The notes beneath the pieces were generated by a model. That model saw nothing but the letters and a program-made list of their open reading frames with translations, did not search any database and had not been told where the DNA came from. Position numbers and translations under genes: made by a program. DNA of 41,073 nucleotides from a virus (Duplodnaviria > Caudoviricetes). The stretch covers positions 1 to 41,073 of the IMG/VR virus record IMGVR_UViG_3300024275_000018, one strand, 5' to 3'. Every line of letters starts with the position of its first letter. Position 1 is the first letter of the stretch. Below, piece after piece: positions 16,793-26,611 of this stretch.

Positions 16793-17139
16793 TCGTCGTC
16801 CCCGACCGACAAGCCCTCCTCATCCGCTTCCTCGCCGAGCGCGCCCAGCGCGCCGCTGATCGCCGTTGAGAGAGCATCGCGCACTGCCAGGCGATCCTTG
16901 CCGAGGATGATTGCCGGAATGTCCGACCGCTTGAGCTCAGGCTGCTCGCGCTTCAGACACTGCGACAGAGCGGCCATCTGCGCGCGCAGGCCGCTCTCGG
17001 CCAGCTCGAGGAGCACCCGCGGCAGTGGCATCGCCATCTCTGCCTCGATCGCGCACAATTCATCGAACTGACACACCAGCTTGAGCTCGCGGCCGTCGCT
17101 CAGTGCGACGGTCGCTTCACCCTTCAAAGGGTTGGGCAT
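16753..17139 (-). CDS. Tail assembly chaperone (gpG-like)
   Basis: MPNPLKGEAT..; lies between the tail tube and tape measure genes. Confidence 0.8.
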   Translation of the reverse strand: MPNPLKGEATVALSDGRELKLVCQFDELCAIEAEMAMPLPRVLLELAESGLRAQMAALSQCLKREQPELKRSDIPAIILGKDRLAVRDALSTAISGALGALGEEADEEGLSVGDDEDPPVTPGTGEKL

Positions 17140-17579
17140 TAAGGCGCGACGTACGCGCTGGACGTGAAGTATCCAGTCGGACGAAGGCGCAGCACCGCCG
17201 TGCCCACGGTCCCGCGCTCGGCGTCGCCGGCGATGTACGACACCGCGATCGCGTTGCCGTCATACGAGCGTGTCAGTACGCTGCGCACGGCACGGTTGAG
17301 CTTGATTGCGCGCTCGACCTGGGCGGCGACCCATGCCTCGAGTTTGGTGTCGGTGTCGGACCCCGGGCGATAGTAGATCGTCACGTCGAACTCCTGGAAT
17401 TCGACGTCGCCAGGAATGAATTCCTTGGCGTCCGATTCGAGGCTGGTCGCGTCGAGCTGCTCGACGTTGAAGCCCGGGTGCCCGAACGAGCGCACCTCGC
17501 GCGCCCGGTACAAGGCGCTGCCATCGTTGAACCAGAATTCCGACTTTGCGCCGGTCGACTTTTTGGTGGTTTCGGCCAT
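17139..17579 (-). CDS. Major tail (tube) protein
   Basis: LDATSLESDAKEFIPG, YRPGSDTD; synteny. Confidence 0.85.
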   Translation of the reverse strand: MAETTKKSTGAKSEFWFNDGSALYRAREVRSFGHPGFNVEQLDATSLESDAKEFIPGDVEFQEFDVTIYYRPGSDTDTKLEAWVAAQVERAIKLNRAVRSVLTRSYDGNAIAVSYIAGDAERGTVGTAVLRLRPTGYFTSSAYVAP

Positions 17580-17594
17580 CGGTGATGCTCCTTG

Positions 17595-18014
17595 CTAAAT
17601 CGAACGGCTGTGCCTCAGGACTAATTCCTGCGTGACTTCGTAAATGAACCCGCCGCCAATCACGTCGCCGCCGCGGTCGATCGGCCGCGGCGCTTCGTCG
17701 ATCTCCCAGAACAGGAACCCGCTGACGTCCGCCGCCGGCGTCAGTGCGGCGACGAAGGCCGCCGCCAGGGCATGTGCGGCGATGTGCGACGCGGCGAGGC
17801 ACGAAGCCTGGACCAGGCTCTCCTGAAAATCGCTGTTGCCTTCCAGGCTGAATTCTTCGGGCGTCCCACCAACTTGCTGCAGCACCAGCGCCGGCAGCTG
17901 GCCGCCCTGGTCACGGCGGACCCAGAAGATCTGCGCGTCGGCGCCGGTACCGACGATATCCGTCACCGACGACGCATTGGTCAGCCGGGACAGGATTGCT
18001 TCGCCCAGATCCAC
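17595..18014 (-). CDS. Tail completion protein (DUF3168-like)
   Basis: QGGQLPALVLQQV, VQASC; synteny. Confidence 0.8.
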   Translation of the reverse strand: MDLGEAILSRLTNASSVTDIVGTGADAQIFWVRRDQGGQLPALVLQQVGGTPEEFSLEGNSDFQESLVQASCLAASHIAAHALAAAFVAALTPAADVSGFLFWEIDEAPRPIDRGGDVIGGGFIYEVTQELVLRHSRSI

Positions 18015-18015
18015 C

Positions 18016-18465
18016 TTAACCAGCCAATGCGCGCTTGGCGGCGCGCCGGGCCGCCCGTTCGGCCGCTTTGCCCGCCGCGACCTTCACCGCCTCCACCAGC
18101 GCGAAGCCCGCTGCCGGGAGCGCGGTTGCGATCGCTGGGCGCGCAAACGGGTCGGCGGGGTAATCCTTGTGAGACAGACCATATTCTTTGCGCACTGCCG
18201 CCTCATCGTCGACCAGCACGGCGACCGCGCTTTGCCCGCGCTTGGCTTTGGCCGAGACCACCTTCGGCGCCGCCTTGAGGCTGCCCGGCGTCGGGTCGCT
18301 CGGCCGCGTACTCACAGCTGCGCGTGCCTCGATCGCACGGGCGATGATCGCGCCGGGGATCTTCAGCGCGCGGTTGCCGACGCCCTTGCGCACGCCACGA
18401 CTGAGCTCGCGCAGCGAATCCCGGCATTCACTCGCGCCCTGAAGCACGCCGCTGCGAATGGCCAT
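18016..18465 (-). CDS. HK97 gp10-like neck protein
   Basis: GSLKAA, EYG...PADPFARPA. Confidence 0.8.
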   Translation of the reverse strand: MAIRSGVLQGASECRDSLRELSRGVRKGVGNRALKIPGAIIARAIEARAAVSTRPSDPTPGSLKAAPKVVSAKAKRGQSAVAVLVDDEAAVRKEYGLSHKDYPADPFARPAIATALPAAGFALVEAVKVAAGKAAERAARRAAKRALAG

Positions 18466-18499
18466 CAGCTCGCACCGGTTGGCGTAGATGGTCGAGCCA

Positions 18500-18679
18500 T
18501 CAAGCTTTCGCCTTCTCCGCCTTAGCCTTGACCTCCTCGACCAGGCCGGCGGCGATCAGCGTCGCTCCCATGCTGTCGGGCAAGTCATATTCGGTTCCGG
18601 CGACCTTGCGGACTGGCGCACCTTCGGTGACGCCATAGGTGTTGTTGTGCTCGCGGATCGACTTGACCTTCACCATCAT
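18500..18679 (-). CDS. 59-aa neck-region protein (not in the ORF track)
   Basis: MMVKVKSIREHNNTYG...LIAAGLVEEVKAKAEKAKA*; ATGA coupling and GAGGAG RBS. Confidence 0.7.
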   Translation of the reverse strand: MMVKVKSIREHNNTYGVTEGAPVRKVAGTEYDLPDSMGATLIAAGLVEEVKAKAEKAKA

Positions 18680-19014
18680 TCTCCTCTTGCATTGCCGAGG
18701 ACTTCCCAGCCCTCACGGCGTCCGATTTCGTTGACCGAGGCGATCGCGTAGCGGCGGCCGTCCTCGTGCAGCAGGCGATCCTCAACGGTCACCAGATCCA
18801 CTTCCCACAAGAACACGAAGCGCATCGGCGCTTCCGCCGCCCGCTCCGCGCTTTCGAACCGCTCAGTTCCCGGCGCCGGCCTGGCCGACGCCCAGCGGGT
18901 CGCATGCGTCCCCCAGGTCTCAACCGCCTGATTGTGCGCGTCGCGCGATGTCGTAACCCGTTCGACCGTCACCCGGCGGTCGAGCTTGCCTTTCTCGACA
19001 AGTACGCTGCCCAT
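18676..19014 (-). CDS. Head closure protein (SPP1 gp16-like)
   Basis: GKLDRRVTVE, RWAS, EIGRREG; start 19014 (TGATG). Confidence 0.88.
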   Translation of the reverse strand: MGSVLVEKGKLDRRVTVERVTTSRDAHNQAVETWGTHATRWASARPAPGTERFESAERAAEAPMRFVFLWEVDLVTVEDRLLHEDGRRYAIASVNEIGRREGWEVLGNARGE

Positions 19015-19550
19015 CAGGCCAGCCCGCTGGGCCGATACGGTCCGATCAGCATGCACACCGCCAGCGGCAATTCGCTGAACGAAGCCGAGGAACTCACCCC
19101 TTCTCGATTCTGGTACCAATGCGCGACCAGCATCAGCGCGGCCTGGTCAAGATCTGGCGCTTCGCCGTCACCGTACCCGGCAGTCCCACTGATCCGCACC
19201 GTCCCGGAGCCCTCGAGTGTCGCTGGCCAGGTCGCGCCGAACGCCGGCAGCAGCCTGGCATTGACCCCCTCGATCAGGCGAAAGTCCTCGACTTCCAACG
19301 CAGCCGTACCGTCGCTCGGATCGTATTCGATCGTTGCGATCTCGCTCACCGGACCTTTGGTCAGCCGGATCTCGTACGGATTACACGACGGAAAACCCGC
19401 GATCGTCTGCGTGAATTCCTTGGCCGACATGAACCTTCCGGTCTGTGCCTCGAGCGTCGCCACCGCCGCGGCGACCAAGCCGCCAATCAGCGCGTCTTCG
19501 TCGGACGTCTCCTTCTTGATCCAGGCCTTGGCGGCGTCGAGATCAATCAT
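19014..19550 (-). CDS. Head-tail connector (HK97 gp6-like)
   Basis: EDALIGGLVAAA, AGYG, QAALMLVAHWYQNRE. Confidence 0.9.
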   Translation of the reverse strand: MIDLDAAKAWIKKETSDEDALIGGLVAAAVATLEAQTGRFMSAKEFTQTIAGFPSCNPYEIRLTKGPVSEIATIEYDPSDGTAALEVEDFRLIEGVNARLLPAFGATWPATLEGSGTVRISGTAGYGDGEAPDLDQAALMLVAHWYQNREGVSSSASFSELPLAVCMLIGPYRPSGLA

Positions 19551-19617
19551 CGCCGCCGCCTTTCCCTATTCATCAAAGCACGCATTCATCGGAGAGCCGA
19601 GCTCTCCCAATCGCCGG

Positions 19618-19959
19618 TTAAGGCGCGATCGCCGTGGTCTGCGCGCTGGTCGCGACTGCCGAAACGCCGAGGTTCGTGGCCTTCACCGTGCAGCTCATCA
19701 ACGCGCCGGCGTCGCCGGCGGCCAGCACCCTGGTCGAAGCGTTCGCTCCGATGATCGCCGAACCGTTGCGGTTCCACTGGTAGGCAAAGGCGTCCGGCGT
19801 ATTCGACCAGGTCCCGGTCGAGCAGGTCAGCGTCTGTCCGACCGTCTTGGTGCCGGTGATCGCCGGAAGGACCGAGCAGACCGGAAGTTTCTGCTGCGCG
19901 TCGGCCGCACGGCTCGCCTCGCGGCGGCCGACTGCGGTCCTGATCCCATGGCGGGGCAT
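19618..19959 (-). CDS. Ig-like domain virion decoration protein
   Basis: PAITGTKTVGQTLTCSTGTW..AYQWNRNG..SCTVKATN. Confidence 0.8.
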   Translation of the reverse strand: MPRHGIRTAVGRREASRAADAQQKLPVCSVLPAITGTKTVGQTLTCSTGTWSNTPDAFAYQWNRNGSAIIGANASTRVLAAGDAGALMSCTVKATNLGVSAVATSAQTTAIAP

Positions 19960-19960
19960 G

Positions 19961-20194
19961 CTACTTGCTGCCTTTGGCAGCAGACGCCTTATTGAGCGTC
20001 GTCGGCTGCATCTTGTTCTTCGCCGGCGGAGCGGCTTTGCCGCCACCCTTTTTTGAAGACTTGACCTGCGTTGCCAGGCCGCGCTCGATCAAGCTTTCGC
20101 CCTGGGCGTCGCTGACCTCGAAGAAGGCGCCCGGGAGGATATTCTCCGAGCTCACCGACGAGATGAAGAGGGTGTCTTTGGCCTTGAGCTTCAT
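19961..20194 (-). CDS. Small basic capsid-associated protein
   Basis: Strong RBS; follows the capsid gene; LIERGLA and PAKNKM motifs. Confidence 0.75.
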   Translation of the reverse strand: MKLKAKDTLFISSVSSENILPGAFFEVSDAQGESLIERGLATQVKSSKKGGGKAAPPAKNKMQPTTLNKASAAKGSK

Positions 20195-20242
20195 GGCTAA
20201 TCTCCTGCTCCTTTTTCGGGCCGTCGCCGCAGCGGCAGCCGG

Positions 20243-20275
20243 AAAAAGAGGGGCCGGACAGACGTCCGACCCCTC
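20243..20275 (-). terminator. Intrinsic terminator after the major capsid gene
   Basis: GAGGGGTCGGAC-GTCT-GTCCGGCCCCTC-TTTTT. Confidence 0.85.
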
Positions 20276-20282
20276 GCAATTG

Positions 20283-21614
20283 TTACGACGTCAGGTCGGT
20301 GACCTGGTCGCTGAAGTCGCCCTTCACGAAGGCGAGCGTATTGTAGACCGCAAGCGCGAGACGCTCCTCGGCGAGGATGGTCACGAGGTTTTTGCGGAAG
20401 TTGTCGCTGTCCTCGGTAGAGACCTCGACGCGGGCATCTTCCCGATCGAAGATCTGCGCGCCGTACTTGAACGCGCCGACCAGGAATTTGTCGACGGTCA
20501 TCGCCGGCGTTTCGACCACCGGGAGGCCCCACAGGCGACGGTTGGTGCCGTCCTGCGGATTACCGATGATGTAGGCGCCAGCGGTGTCCTTGGTCGTCTC
20601 GATCTTGAACCAATCGGTCGGATTGAGGACGATGCCCGTCGGCGGAATGTTGGCTAGGCTGGCCTGGAGCATTGCTGCGCGCAGCACGTCGAGAAACGTC
20701 GGCGACGTGATCACGGCCAGGTTGGCGGTCGAGGCCGTCGCCTGGGTGTAGATCCCGTTGAGGTCGGCGCCGCCGGCTCCGTTGAGCAGCGCATTGTCCT
20801 CGACGTACGCGAGACCGTAACGCATGCGGCCGTCGATATAGCTCGCCAGCATCGGGGCATCCGCGAGGATGTTCCGGTGCGCCAGCACCCAGTGGGCGAT
20901 GGTGACCACCGTTTCGGTGGCCAGGTCAAACTTTAACTCCGACTGCGGCTTGGCCGAACCATCCGATTCCGATGCGACCGCAGCCGAGTTCGTAAAACCG
21001 GTCTCCTTCGGATACTGGATCGACATCGCGTTCGTGCGGCCCGGAGTGAGCAGGTCACGCACCGTGAGCTTGCGCTCGACCGGGTCGATAATCGGCAGCC
21101 GCTGCGGCACCAGCAGATCGCCCGCCGAACCGTCGGCGTTGGTGGTCAGAGAGGTGATGATCGCCTTGACGTCGACGCCGACACGCTTGCCGCCGCTAAC
21201 GCTGGCGAGAAACGCCTTGACCTCTTCGTCATCGACGAACTTCTGCCCGGCGGACTTCGGCAGTTCAGCCTGCCCACCGCCGCGGGCCGCTTTCTGCTCG
21301 AGCGCGGTGACCTGAGCCGACAACGCCTCGAGCCCGTTGAGCTTGGTAAGCGCGTCGTCGACCTTGGTCTTTTGGTCAGCCGAGAACAGCTCTTCGCCCT
21401 TGCGCAGCGATTCCGCCGCCTTGGTCGCGAAGTCCTGAACCTGGGCGAGCGCACCCTTCACGTCGTCGGTGAGCTGTTTGAGCTCGGCGGGAGAGACTTC
21501 ATCCGCCGGCGCGCCGCTGCCGGCGTCCTTGCGGCCGAATTCGGCATGAGCCGGAGCCGATGCCATCGCGATAGTTGCGGCGCCAAGCGCCAGCATTGCT
21601 GCGGTCGTCTTCAT
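20283..21614 (-). CDS. Major capsid protein, HK97 family
   Basis: Coiled-coil delta domain, TIAHW, LWGLPVV, FRKNLVTILAEERLAL. Confidence 0.95.
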   Translation of the reverse strand: MKTTAAMLALGAATIAMASAPAHAEFGRKDAGSGAPADEVSPAELKQLTDDVKGALAQVQDFATKAAESLRKGEELFSADQKTKVDDALTKLNGLEALSAQVTALEQKAARGGGQAELPKSAGQKFVDDEEVKAFLASVSGGKRVGVDVKAIITSLTTNADGSAGDLLVPQRLPIIDPVERKLTVRDLLTPGRTNAMSIQYPKETGFTNSAAVASESDGSAKPQSELKFDLATETVVTIAHWVLAHRNILADAPMLASYIDGRMRYGLAYVEDNALLNGAGGADLNGIYTQATASTANLAVITSPTFLDVLRAAMLQASLANIPPTGIVLNPTDWFKIETTKDTAGAYIIGNPQDGTNRRLWGLPVVETPAMTVDKFLVGAFKYGAQIFDREDARVEVSTEDSDNFRKNLVTILAEERLALAVYNTLAFVKGDFSDQVTDLTS

Positions 21615-21628
21615 GGATTGGATCCTTT

Positions 21629-22360
21629 TTAGAGGGTCGGCAGCGAGAAGTTCGCTACCGTTTCGGACAGGGCTCGCACCCCCTCCTTCGCTGCCGCCGC
21701 GCCCTCGGACTCGCTCCGGAGCAAATGGGGCAAACCACGGTTGGCGACGACCGCAGCCTGCGTTTTGGAGAAGCCTGCCTCGCGCAGGAGCTTCTCGAAT
21801 TCCTTGAGATTGGGTAGCTCGCCGTGGGCGAGCTTGAATTTGACCGCTTCGACCCGCGCGTCGTCGTTGGCCGGGAATGTAACCAACGACACCTCGACCA
21901 GGTCAAGCTTGGTGAGCGTGCGGATTCCGGTCTTCTCGTCGAAGCTCGATTCCCGCACCCAATAACCGATCGACAGGCCAGTGACCGCGCCGGCCTTCAT
22001 CAGCGCGTGCGCCTCGGCCGCCTGAGCCACAGCCGAGATCAGCAGGCTGCCCTTCACGAACAGGCCGGTCTCATCCTCGGTGATCTCCGTATAGACGCCC
22101 AGCGGCTGATCGGACCGATGTTGCCACAGCACCGGGACGGTGCGTTGCTTACCGTTGAGGTCGGTCAGGCTTTCGGCGAACGCCCCCGGCGCGACGACTT
22201 CCTGGTAGCTGTCGACAACGCCATAGACGGAGCCATAGCCTTCAAACGTCCCGTCATCGGCGACGCCGTCTGCCTTCACACTGAGCGCAAAATCACGGAC
22301 CTTCAGCGAGCGCTTGGCTCCGAACCGCCCGCTCCTCGCGGTCGAGTTGATCTTAAGCAT
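21629..22360 (-). CDS. Prohead protease, HK97 family
   Basis: FEGYGSVYG, VLWQH, GLSIGY, EVSLVTFPAN; start ATG 22360. Confidence 0.95.
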   Translation of the reverse strand: MLKINSTARSGRFGAKRSLKVRDFALSVKADGVADDGTFEGYGSVYGVVDSYQEVVAPGAFAESLTDLNGKQRTVPVLWQHRSDQPLGVYTEITEDETGLFVKGSLLISAVAQAAEAHALMKAGAVTGLSIGYWVRESSFDEKTGIRTLTKLDLVEVSLVTFPANDDARVEAVKFKLAHGELPNLKEFEKLLREAGFSKTQAAVVANRGLPHLLRSESEGAAAAKEGVRALSETVANFSLPTL

Positions 22361-22637
22361 CCACGGTCTCCGACTTGTTTCGCACAAAGGGATCGTGCCC
22401 TGAAATCCACATTGGCGGATGTGTGTCGCCCCAGCAGTTGAACCAGACGACGCCAGTTCGCTGGACTTCATCGAGTTCCTCCGGCGTCAGCTGCCACTTG
22501 CTGAGCACCTGATGGTTACCGTCCAGATCGCGATATCGATGAACGTGAAGCGCATAGACGGTCCCCGCCGCAGCATCCTCTGAAGTGGGCGCGCCAAGGA
22601 CCGTGTTGGCTTCCGAAAATTCGATGCCCTTCGCCAA
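22353..22637 (-). CDS. Hypothetical protein between portal and protease
   Basis: TTG start after GGAG; FSEANTVLGAP, SKWQLTPEEL, HPPMW. Confidence 0.7.
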   Translation of the reverse strand: MAKGIEFSEANTVLGAPTSEDAAAGTVYALHVHRYRDLDGNHQVLSKWQLTPEELDEVQRTGVVWFNCWGDTHPPMWISGHDPFVRNKSETVDA

Positions 22638-22650
22638 ATTCGATCTCCGC

Positions 22651-23934
22651 TTACCCGTTCGACGCATCGCCAATTGCGTTGCGCACGGCTTCCTCCAGGG
22701 AAATGTTTTGCGACTGGATCGTGATCACGTCGCCGCCCTCGACTGGTGGCAAGTTTTCCTTCCGGCGGGCTTCATTGCGAGACATCACGCCGATCCGAGT
22801 CATGACCTCATAAAATTTGGCTCGCCCGGCGCTATCACCACGCAACAGGCCTTCGACGTTAAATTCGGCGAACAACCCCTGGGCCCGCTCCGCCGGCGAC
22901 AGCAGTTGCTTCGCGATCGCCAGCTCAATCCGACGCAGGTAGGGCGTCAGCGTGAACTTGAGGAACCCGAGCAGCACCTGCTCGACGCCACTCCCCCAAC
23001 TCGTCTGCTTATCGCTGTGACCAATCAGGATCGGCGGAACACCGAACCAGCGGCACACCTCCTCGACCGACCAGGCGCGGCTCTCAAGCAACTGCGCATC
23101 GTCGGCATTAATGCCGATCTGCTCCCACTCCGAGCCTCCCTCCAGTATGAAGGGTCGCCCTGCGTTCATCGCACCTGTGAACTGTTTGTCGATGTCGTCG
23201 CGAGCGGCGGTACGCTTGTCCGGGTCGAGCCAGTCCTTGAACTTCAGCGCGCCGCTCGGCCGAGCGCCATTAGCGAACATCGATCCCGCCGCGCGGTCAG
23301 CCGCAATCGCAATGCCCAGGCTTTCGCGCGCGCACTGCAGCACGGACAATCCACCGAGCGGACTACCGCCGAAACTGCGGACGTGAAATACGTCCTCTTC
23401 GCCCAGTTCGTACGTTTCCCCGCAATACGACCAGCGATAGCCCAACGAACCGTCGGCCAAGCGGCGGACCGTGACGATATCCGGACGCACCGGCTCGAGG
23501 CCGATCAGCCGATTGCCTTCCTTCAGCTTACGGGCGAAATGACTACCCCGCATGAACATCGAAATGACCAGAAACTCGACATAGTCGAGCGACGTCTGGT
23601 CCGCGTTCGGGCTGTCGTGCAGCACCTGCCACAATTGCGTGTCGCGAGCCTCGACAGCGATCCCGTCGGCGCCGCGCCGGTACACTGGTAACGGCAGTGA
23701 GGCGATCGTCGAAGCCACCAAGCGCAGGCAGGCGAAGAAGGTGCTGACGGTCAGCGCCGCTTGGTCGTTGACGCACACTCCGGACGAACCGCCACCGTTC
23801 CGTTCCGCCGAATTCTGCGGGTCGCGGACCTTCGGATTAGGACCAACAACTAACCAGCTGGCGAGCGTCGTCACCGTCTTCTGAAACCAGCCCGGCGGAG
23901 TGTCGCGCCGGACTGGCGCCGGAAGACTGTTCAC
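22651..23934 (-). CDS. Portal protein, HK97 family
   Basis: [41 protein letters not shown]. Confidence 0.95.
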   Translation of the reverse strand: MNSLPAPVRRDTPPGWFQKTVTTLASWLVVGPNPKVRDPQNSAERNGGGSSGVCVNDQAALTVSTFFACLRLVASTIASLPLPVYRRGADGIAVEARDTQLWQVLHDSPNADQTSLDYVEFLVISMFMRGSHFARKLKEGNRLIGLEPVRPDIVTVRRLADGSLGYRWSYCGETYELGEEDVFHVRSFGGSPLGGLSVLQCARESLGIAIAADRAAGSMFANGARPSGALKFKDWLDPDKRTAARDDIDKQFTGAMNAGRPFILEGGSEWEQIGINADDAQLLESRAWSVEEVCRWFGVPPILIGHSDKQTSWGSGVEQVLLGFLKFTLTPYLRRIELAIAKQLLSPAERAQGLFAEFNVEGLLRGDSAGRAKFYEVMTRIGVMSRNEARRKENLPPVEGGDVITIQSQNISLEEAVRNAIGDASNG

Positions 23935-25706
23935 GCGGCGATCGCCGGTTTCAGTGAATCCACCCAGGCGTTGATACCGCCGTTGTTATTGGCTGCCACC
24001 GGGTTGGTCTCCAGCAGCTTGGTCGCGTTGAACGCGGCCATCAGCGGGTCGATCTTGGCGGCGCCGTTGGCATACTTGTTGATCATCACCGACTGCCGCC
24101 CCTTCTCTTCCTTCGCGTTGCCCACGCACCAGGCCATCATCCTGGACCCGGAATGGACGGCGCCGCCGAATTTCAGCTTGCGTGCGAGCCCGACGATCGC
24201 GCTCATCAGCCGGTAACCCTGGCCAACCGCGACGACTTCGCCTTTGCTGCCGTCCCCGATCGTGAAACCGGCAGCATCGAGCGCGTCGGTCAAATCGGCC
24301 GCCATCGCCGCGTCGAGTCCGATCCCACCATTCTCCGGCAGAATTCCGCTCGCCTTCACCTGAACACAGATCTCGACGATCTCGCGCACGTCCTGCGGCA
24401 GCTCGTAGCTTTCATCCTCACCGGCGGGCTCCCGGTCTTCGCAAATCACCAGGTCGCCATCGGCCTCGAAGTTGCGCAGCAGCGGCGCGATCTGCTTGCG
24501 TCGTCTGAGCACGTCGGGCCAGCACCATGCCTTGGTCCAGTACAGCCAGCGGTCGGTGCCGCGCTCGCGGCCTGCGACGCACAGCCCATACAGATCGTCG
24601 AGGCCGCCGCCGTCGCCGCCGACCACCGCCACCTCGCACCGCTCCAACAGCCGCTCCAAAGTCAGCGATTTATCGGAAGCTCCCTCCCAATAATCCGCCC
24701 CGCGCCACCGGTCCCGCCTCAGACGAAGGCCAATCTCAACGTTGAGATATTTGGCCAGCACGATCTGCATGCTGCCGGTATCGCCGTCTGCATCTTCCTC
24801 GCCACCGGCGGCTTTCTTGAGCTTCGAGGCGATGAATGGTTCGGTCACCGATCGCCCAAGGTTGGGGTTGGTGACGTAGAAATTGTCGGCCTTCAGATAG
24901 GCCTGCGATTCGAGCATCTCCTCGGGCCACTCGTAGAGCATGCCAAAGGTCGCCGGGTCGTCGATCTCGCCGTCGCGGACCCCGCGGAAATAATCCAGCT
25001 TATCCTTGAACACGCCCGCCGGCGGCTCGTCGCTGTGCGTCGTCAGATAGACCACGAACCCTTCCGGGCGCGCGGCCAGGCCGCCGGTCGCCTCCTCGAG
25101 CATGCTCTCGGCGTTGGCGCGCTTACCGAACAGCCACAGCTCGTCGACCAGGACGAACCCGGCCTTTTTACCCCCCGCCGTCTCGCTGTCGGCCGCGATC
25201 ACCTTCAACTCGGCCTTGGTGTCGCGGTGCGTTATCGCCTTCTGATGGTCGGCGACGTGCAGCAACTCGTTCAGCACCGGATCCGCGCGGACCATCGCCG
25301 CCGCCGGCTTGTAGCTGTTGAGCGCGATCTCCTGCGTCGGAGCGAGGATGATCAGCTCGGCCATGTCGCGCCAGTTGATGATCAGCGCGGTCAGCATGAT
25401 CCCCGCGGCGATCGTCGACTTGCCATTCTTCTTGCTGATCAGCAGCATGAAATCGCTGATCAACCGCTGGCCGCTGTCCACATCGTACGCGCCGAAAATC
25501 GCTGCGACGAAGTCGAACACGAAGGGCTCGCATACTTCGCCGAAGGTCGGCCTGCCGGCGACGTCCACCATCCTGAGTGACTTGAACACGTCGAGGGCGT
25601 CGGCCGCCTGCTCGGGAAACAACGGCGCGAACGGCACCAGGCTGCGCCGTTCGACGATCCGCGCTTCCCAGTCCGGGCAAGCGGTCGTCCAAACCGGATC
25701 AGGCAT
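23931..25706 (-). CDS. terL: Terminase large subunit
   Basis: Walker A SKKNGKST, Walker [23 protein letters not shown]. Confidence 0.95.
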   Translation of the reverse strand: MPDPVWTTACPDWEARIVERRSLVPFAPLFPEQAADALDVFKSLRMVDVAGRPTFGEVCEPFVFDFVAAIFGAYDVDSGQRLISDFMLLISKKNGKSTIAAGIMLTALIINWRDMAELIILAPTQEIALNSYKPAAAMVRADPVLNELLHVADHQKAITHRDTKAELKVIAADSETAGGKKAGFVLVDELWLFGKRANAESMLEEATGGLAARPEGFVVYLTTHSDEPPAGVFKDKLDYFRGVRDGEIDDPATFGMLYEWPEEMLESQAYLKADNFYVTNPNLGRSVTEPFIASKLKKAAGGEEDADGDTGSMQIVLAKYLNVEIGLRLRRDRWRGADYWEGASDKSLTLERLLERCEVAVVGGDGGGLDDLYGLCVAGRERGTDRWLYWTKAWCWPDVLRRRKQIAPLLRNFEADGDLVICEDREPAGEDESYELPQDVREIVEICVQVKASGILPENGGIGLDAAMAADLTDALDAAGFTIGDGSKGEVVAVGQGYRLMSAIVGLARKLKFGGAVHSGSRMMAWCVGNAKEEKGRQSVMINKYANGAAKIDPLMAAFNATKLLETNPVAANNNGGINAWVDSLKPAIAA

Positions 25707-26211
25707 TGCCCGATGGGTTCAACAGCGACGGTTGCGGTGGCGCCTGGCGGCGGCCGTAACGGCCGCTGACGCCCTTCGCCTTCTCGTCGGCTTCCGCTTT
25801 CTTGCCCAGCTTCGCCTTCTTCGGTGCGCGGTTCGCACCGTGCGCGACGTCGTTGGCGAGCTGCTTCATCCGCCCTTTTTCGAGCGCTTTCATCAGCTCC
25901 TTTTCGGCGGTGACGTTGCCCTTCTCCGCCTGGTCGTTGAGCCGCCCGAGCTGGACCGATTCCATCTGCAGGCGCATCGCGGCGCGGCGGCGGAGCTCGG
26001 AAGAATAATGCTCGCGCAGCGTCGGGATGGTGATCCCGATGCTTTGCGCTACCTCTGCGACCGTCCAGCCTCGCGCCAGGCCGAGGATGACCCGGTTGAC
26101 CGTCTCGCGAGACCTTTTGTGTGCCGGTCTTCCCCGGCCCCTCCGCGTGGCTTTTACGGGCTGGCCGAACAGGTCGCGGTCAGCTTCCTGGTCCGAATTC
26201 CCATCAACCAC
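25699..26211 (-). CDS. terS: Terminase small subunit
   Basis: GRPAH, HTH ([16 protein letters not shown]), GNVTA, GKK; probable GTG start at 26211. Confidence 0.8.
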   Translation of the reverse strand: MVDGNSDQEADRDLFGQPVKATRRGRGRPAHKRSRETVNRVILGLARGWTVAEVAQSIGITIPTLREHYSSELRRRAAMRLQMESVQLGRLNDQAEKGNVTAEKELMKALEKGRMKQLANDVAHGANRAPKKAKLGKKAEADEKAKGVSGRYGRRQAPPQPSLLNPSGNA

Positions 26212-26212
26212 G

Positions 26213-26283
26213 AAAAAAATCTCCGAATGACTATGGGCGCGGTGAAGGCGGCCGCCCCCTTTCTGAACTTTTACACCCCCCCC
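26213..26283 (-). other. Putative cos region
   Basis: Between HNH and terS: G8-TGTAAAAG...ACCGCGCCC...CATTCGGAGA-T7, the arrangement typical of HNH-assisted cos phages. Confidence 0.55.
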
Positions 26284-26588
26284 TGACCTCGCGCCCGGCG
26301 CGCCCTTGCCTTCGCCGTCTTCGCTTGGTGTTCGGAGAAGGTGAGCCACTCGGTGTTGCGAGGATCGAGGTCGGATCCGCCATCCTTGCGCTCTCGAATA
26401 TGGTCGAGGATCACGCGCTCACCCGATCGCCGTCTTGCAAGGGCAGCGAAGTAATCCGGATCGAGCTTGCGGCGTGCGACCAACGCGCGCCACTGCGGCG
26501 AAGAATAGAACTGCTCAACCCGCTTCGGTGCTGGCCTCAGCTTTGGTGCCGGAGCGGACAGCCTGGCCGGCATTGCCTTGAGGCCCAT
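26271..26588 (-). CDS. HNH endonuclease (packaging cofactor, HK97 gp74-like)
   Basis: FYSSPQW, LDHIRERKDGG..N..L...HQAKT; directly upstream of terS. Confidence 0.9.
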   Translation of the reverse strand: MGLKAMPARLSAPAPKLRPAPKRVEQFYSSPQWRALVARRKLDPDYFAALARRRSGERVILDHIRERKDGGSDLDPRNTEWLTFSEHQAKTAKARARRARGQGGV

Positions 26589-26611
26589 CTGGTGCGCTCT
26601 CGTTCTAAATA

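Noticed and set aside
11465-18500. The two micro-ORFs are exactly 7000 bp apart
   Set aside because: No sequence repeat or mechanism links them; treated as coincidence.
19618-20056. Ig domain fused to the upstream protein by a -1 frameshift
   Set aside because: The Ig ORF is in the +1 frame relative to the A AAA AAG site and has its own ATG at 19959.
24153-25580. Long plus-strand ORFs opposite late and early genes (e.g. 24153..25580, 30838..32511, 18766..19995, 27819..28991)
   Set aside because: Antisense shadows of real genes in GC-rich DNA; no motifs or RBS.
26271-26588. Homing endonuclease or defence nuclease
   Set aside because: Size and position next to cos/terS fit a packaging HNH.
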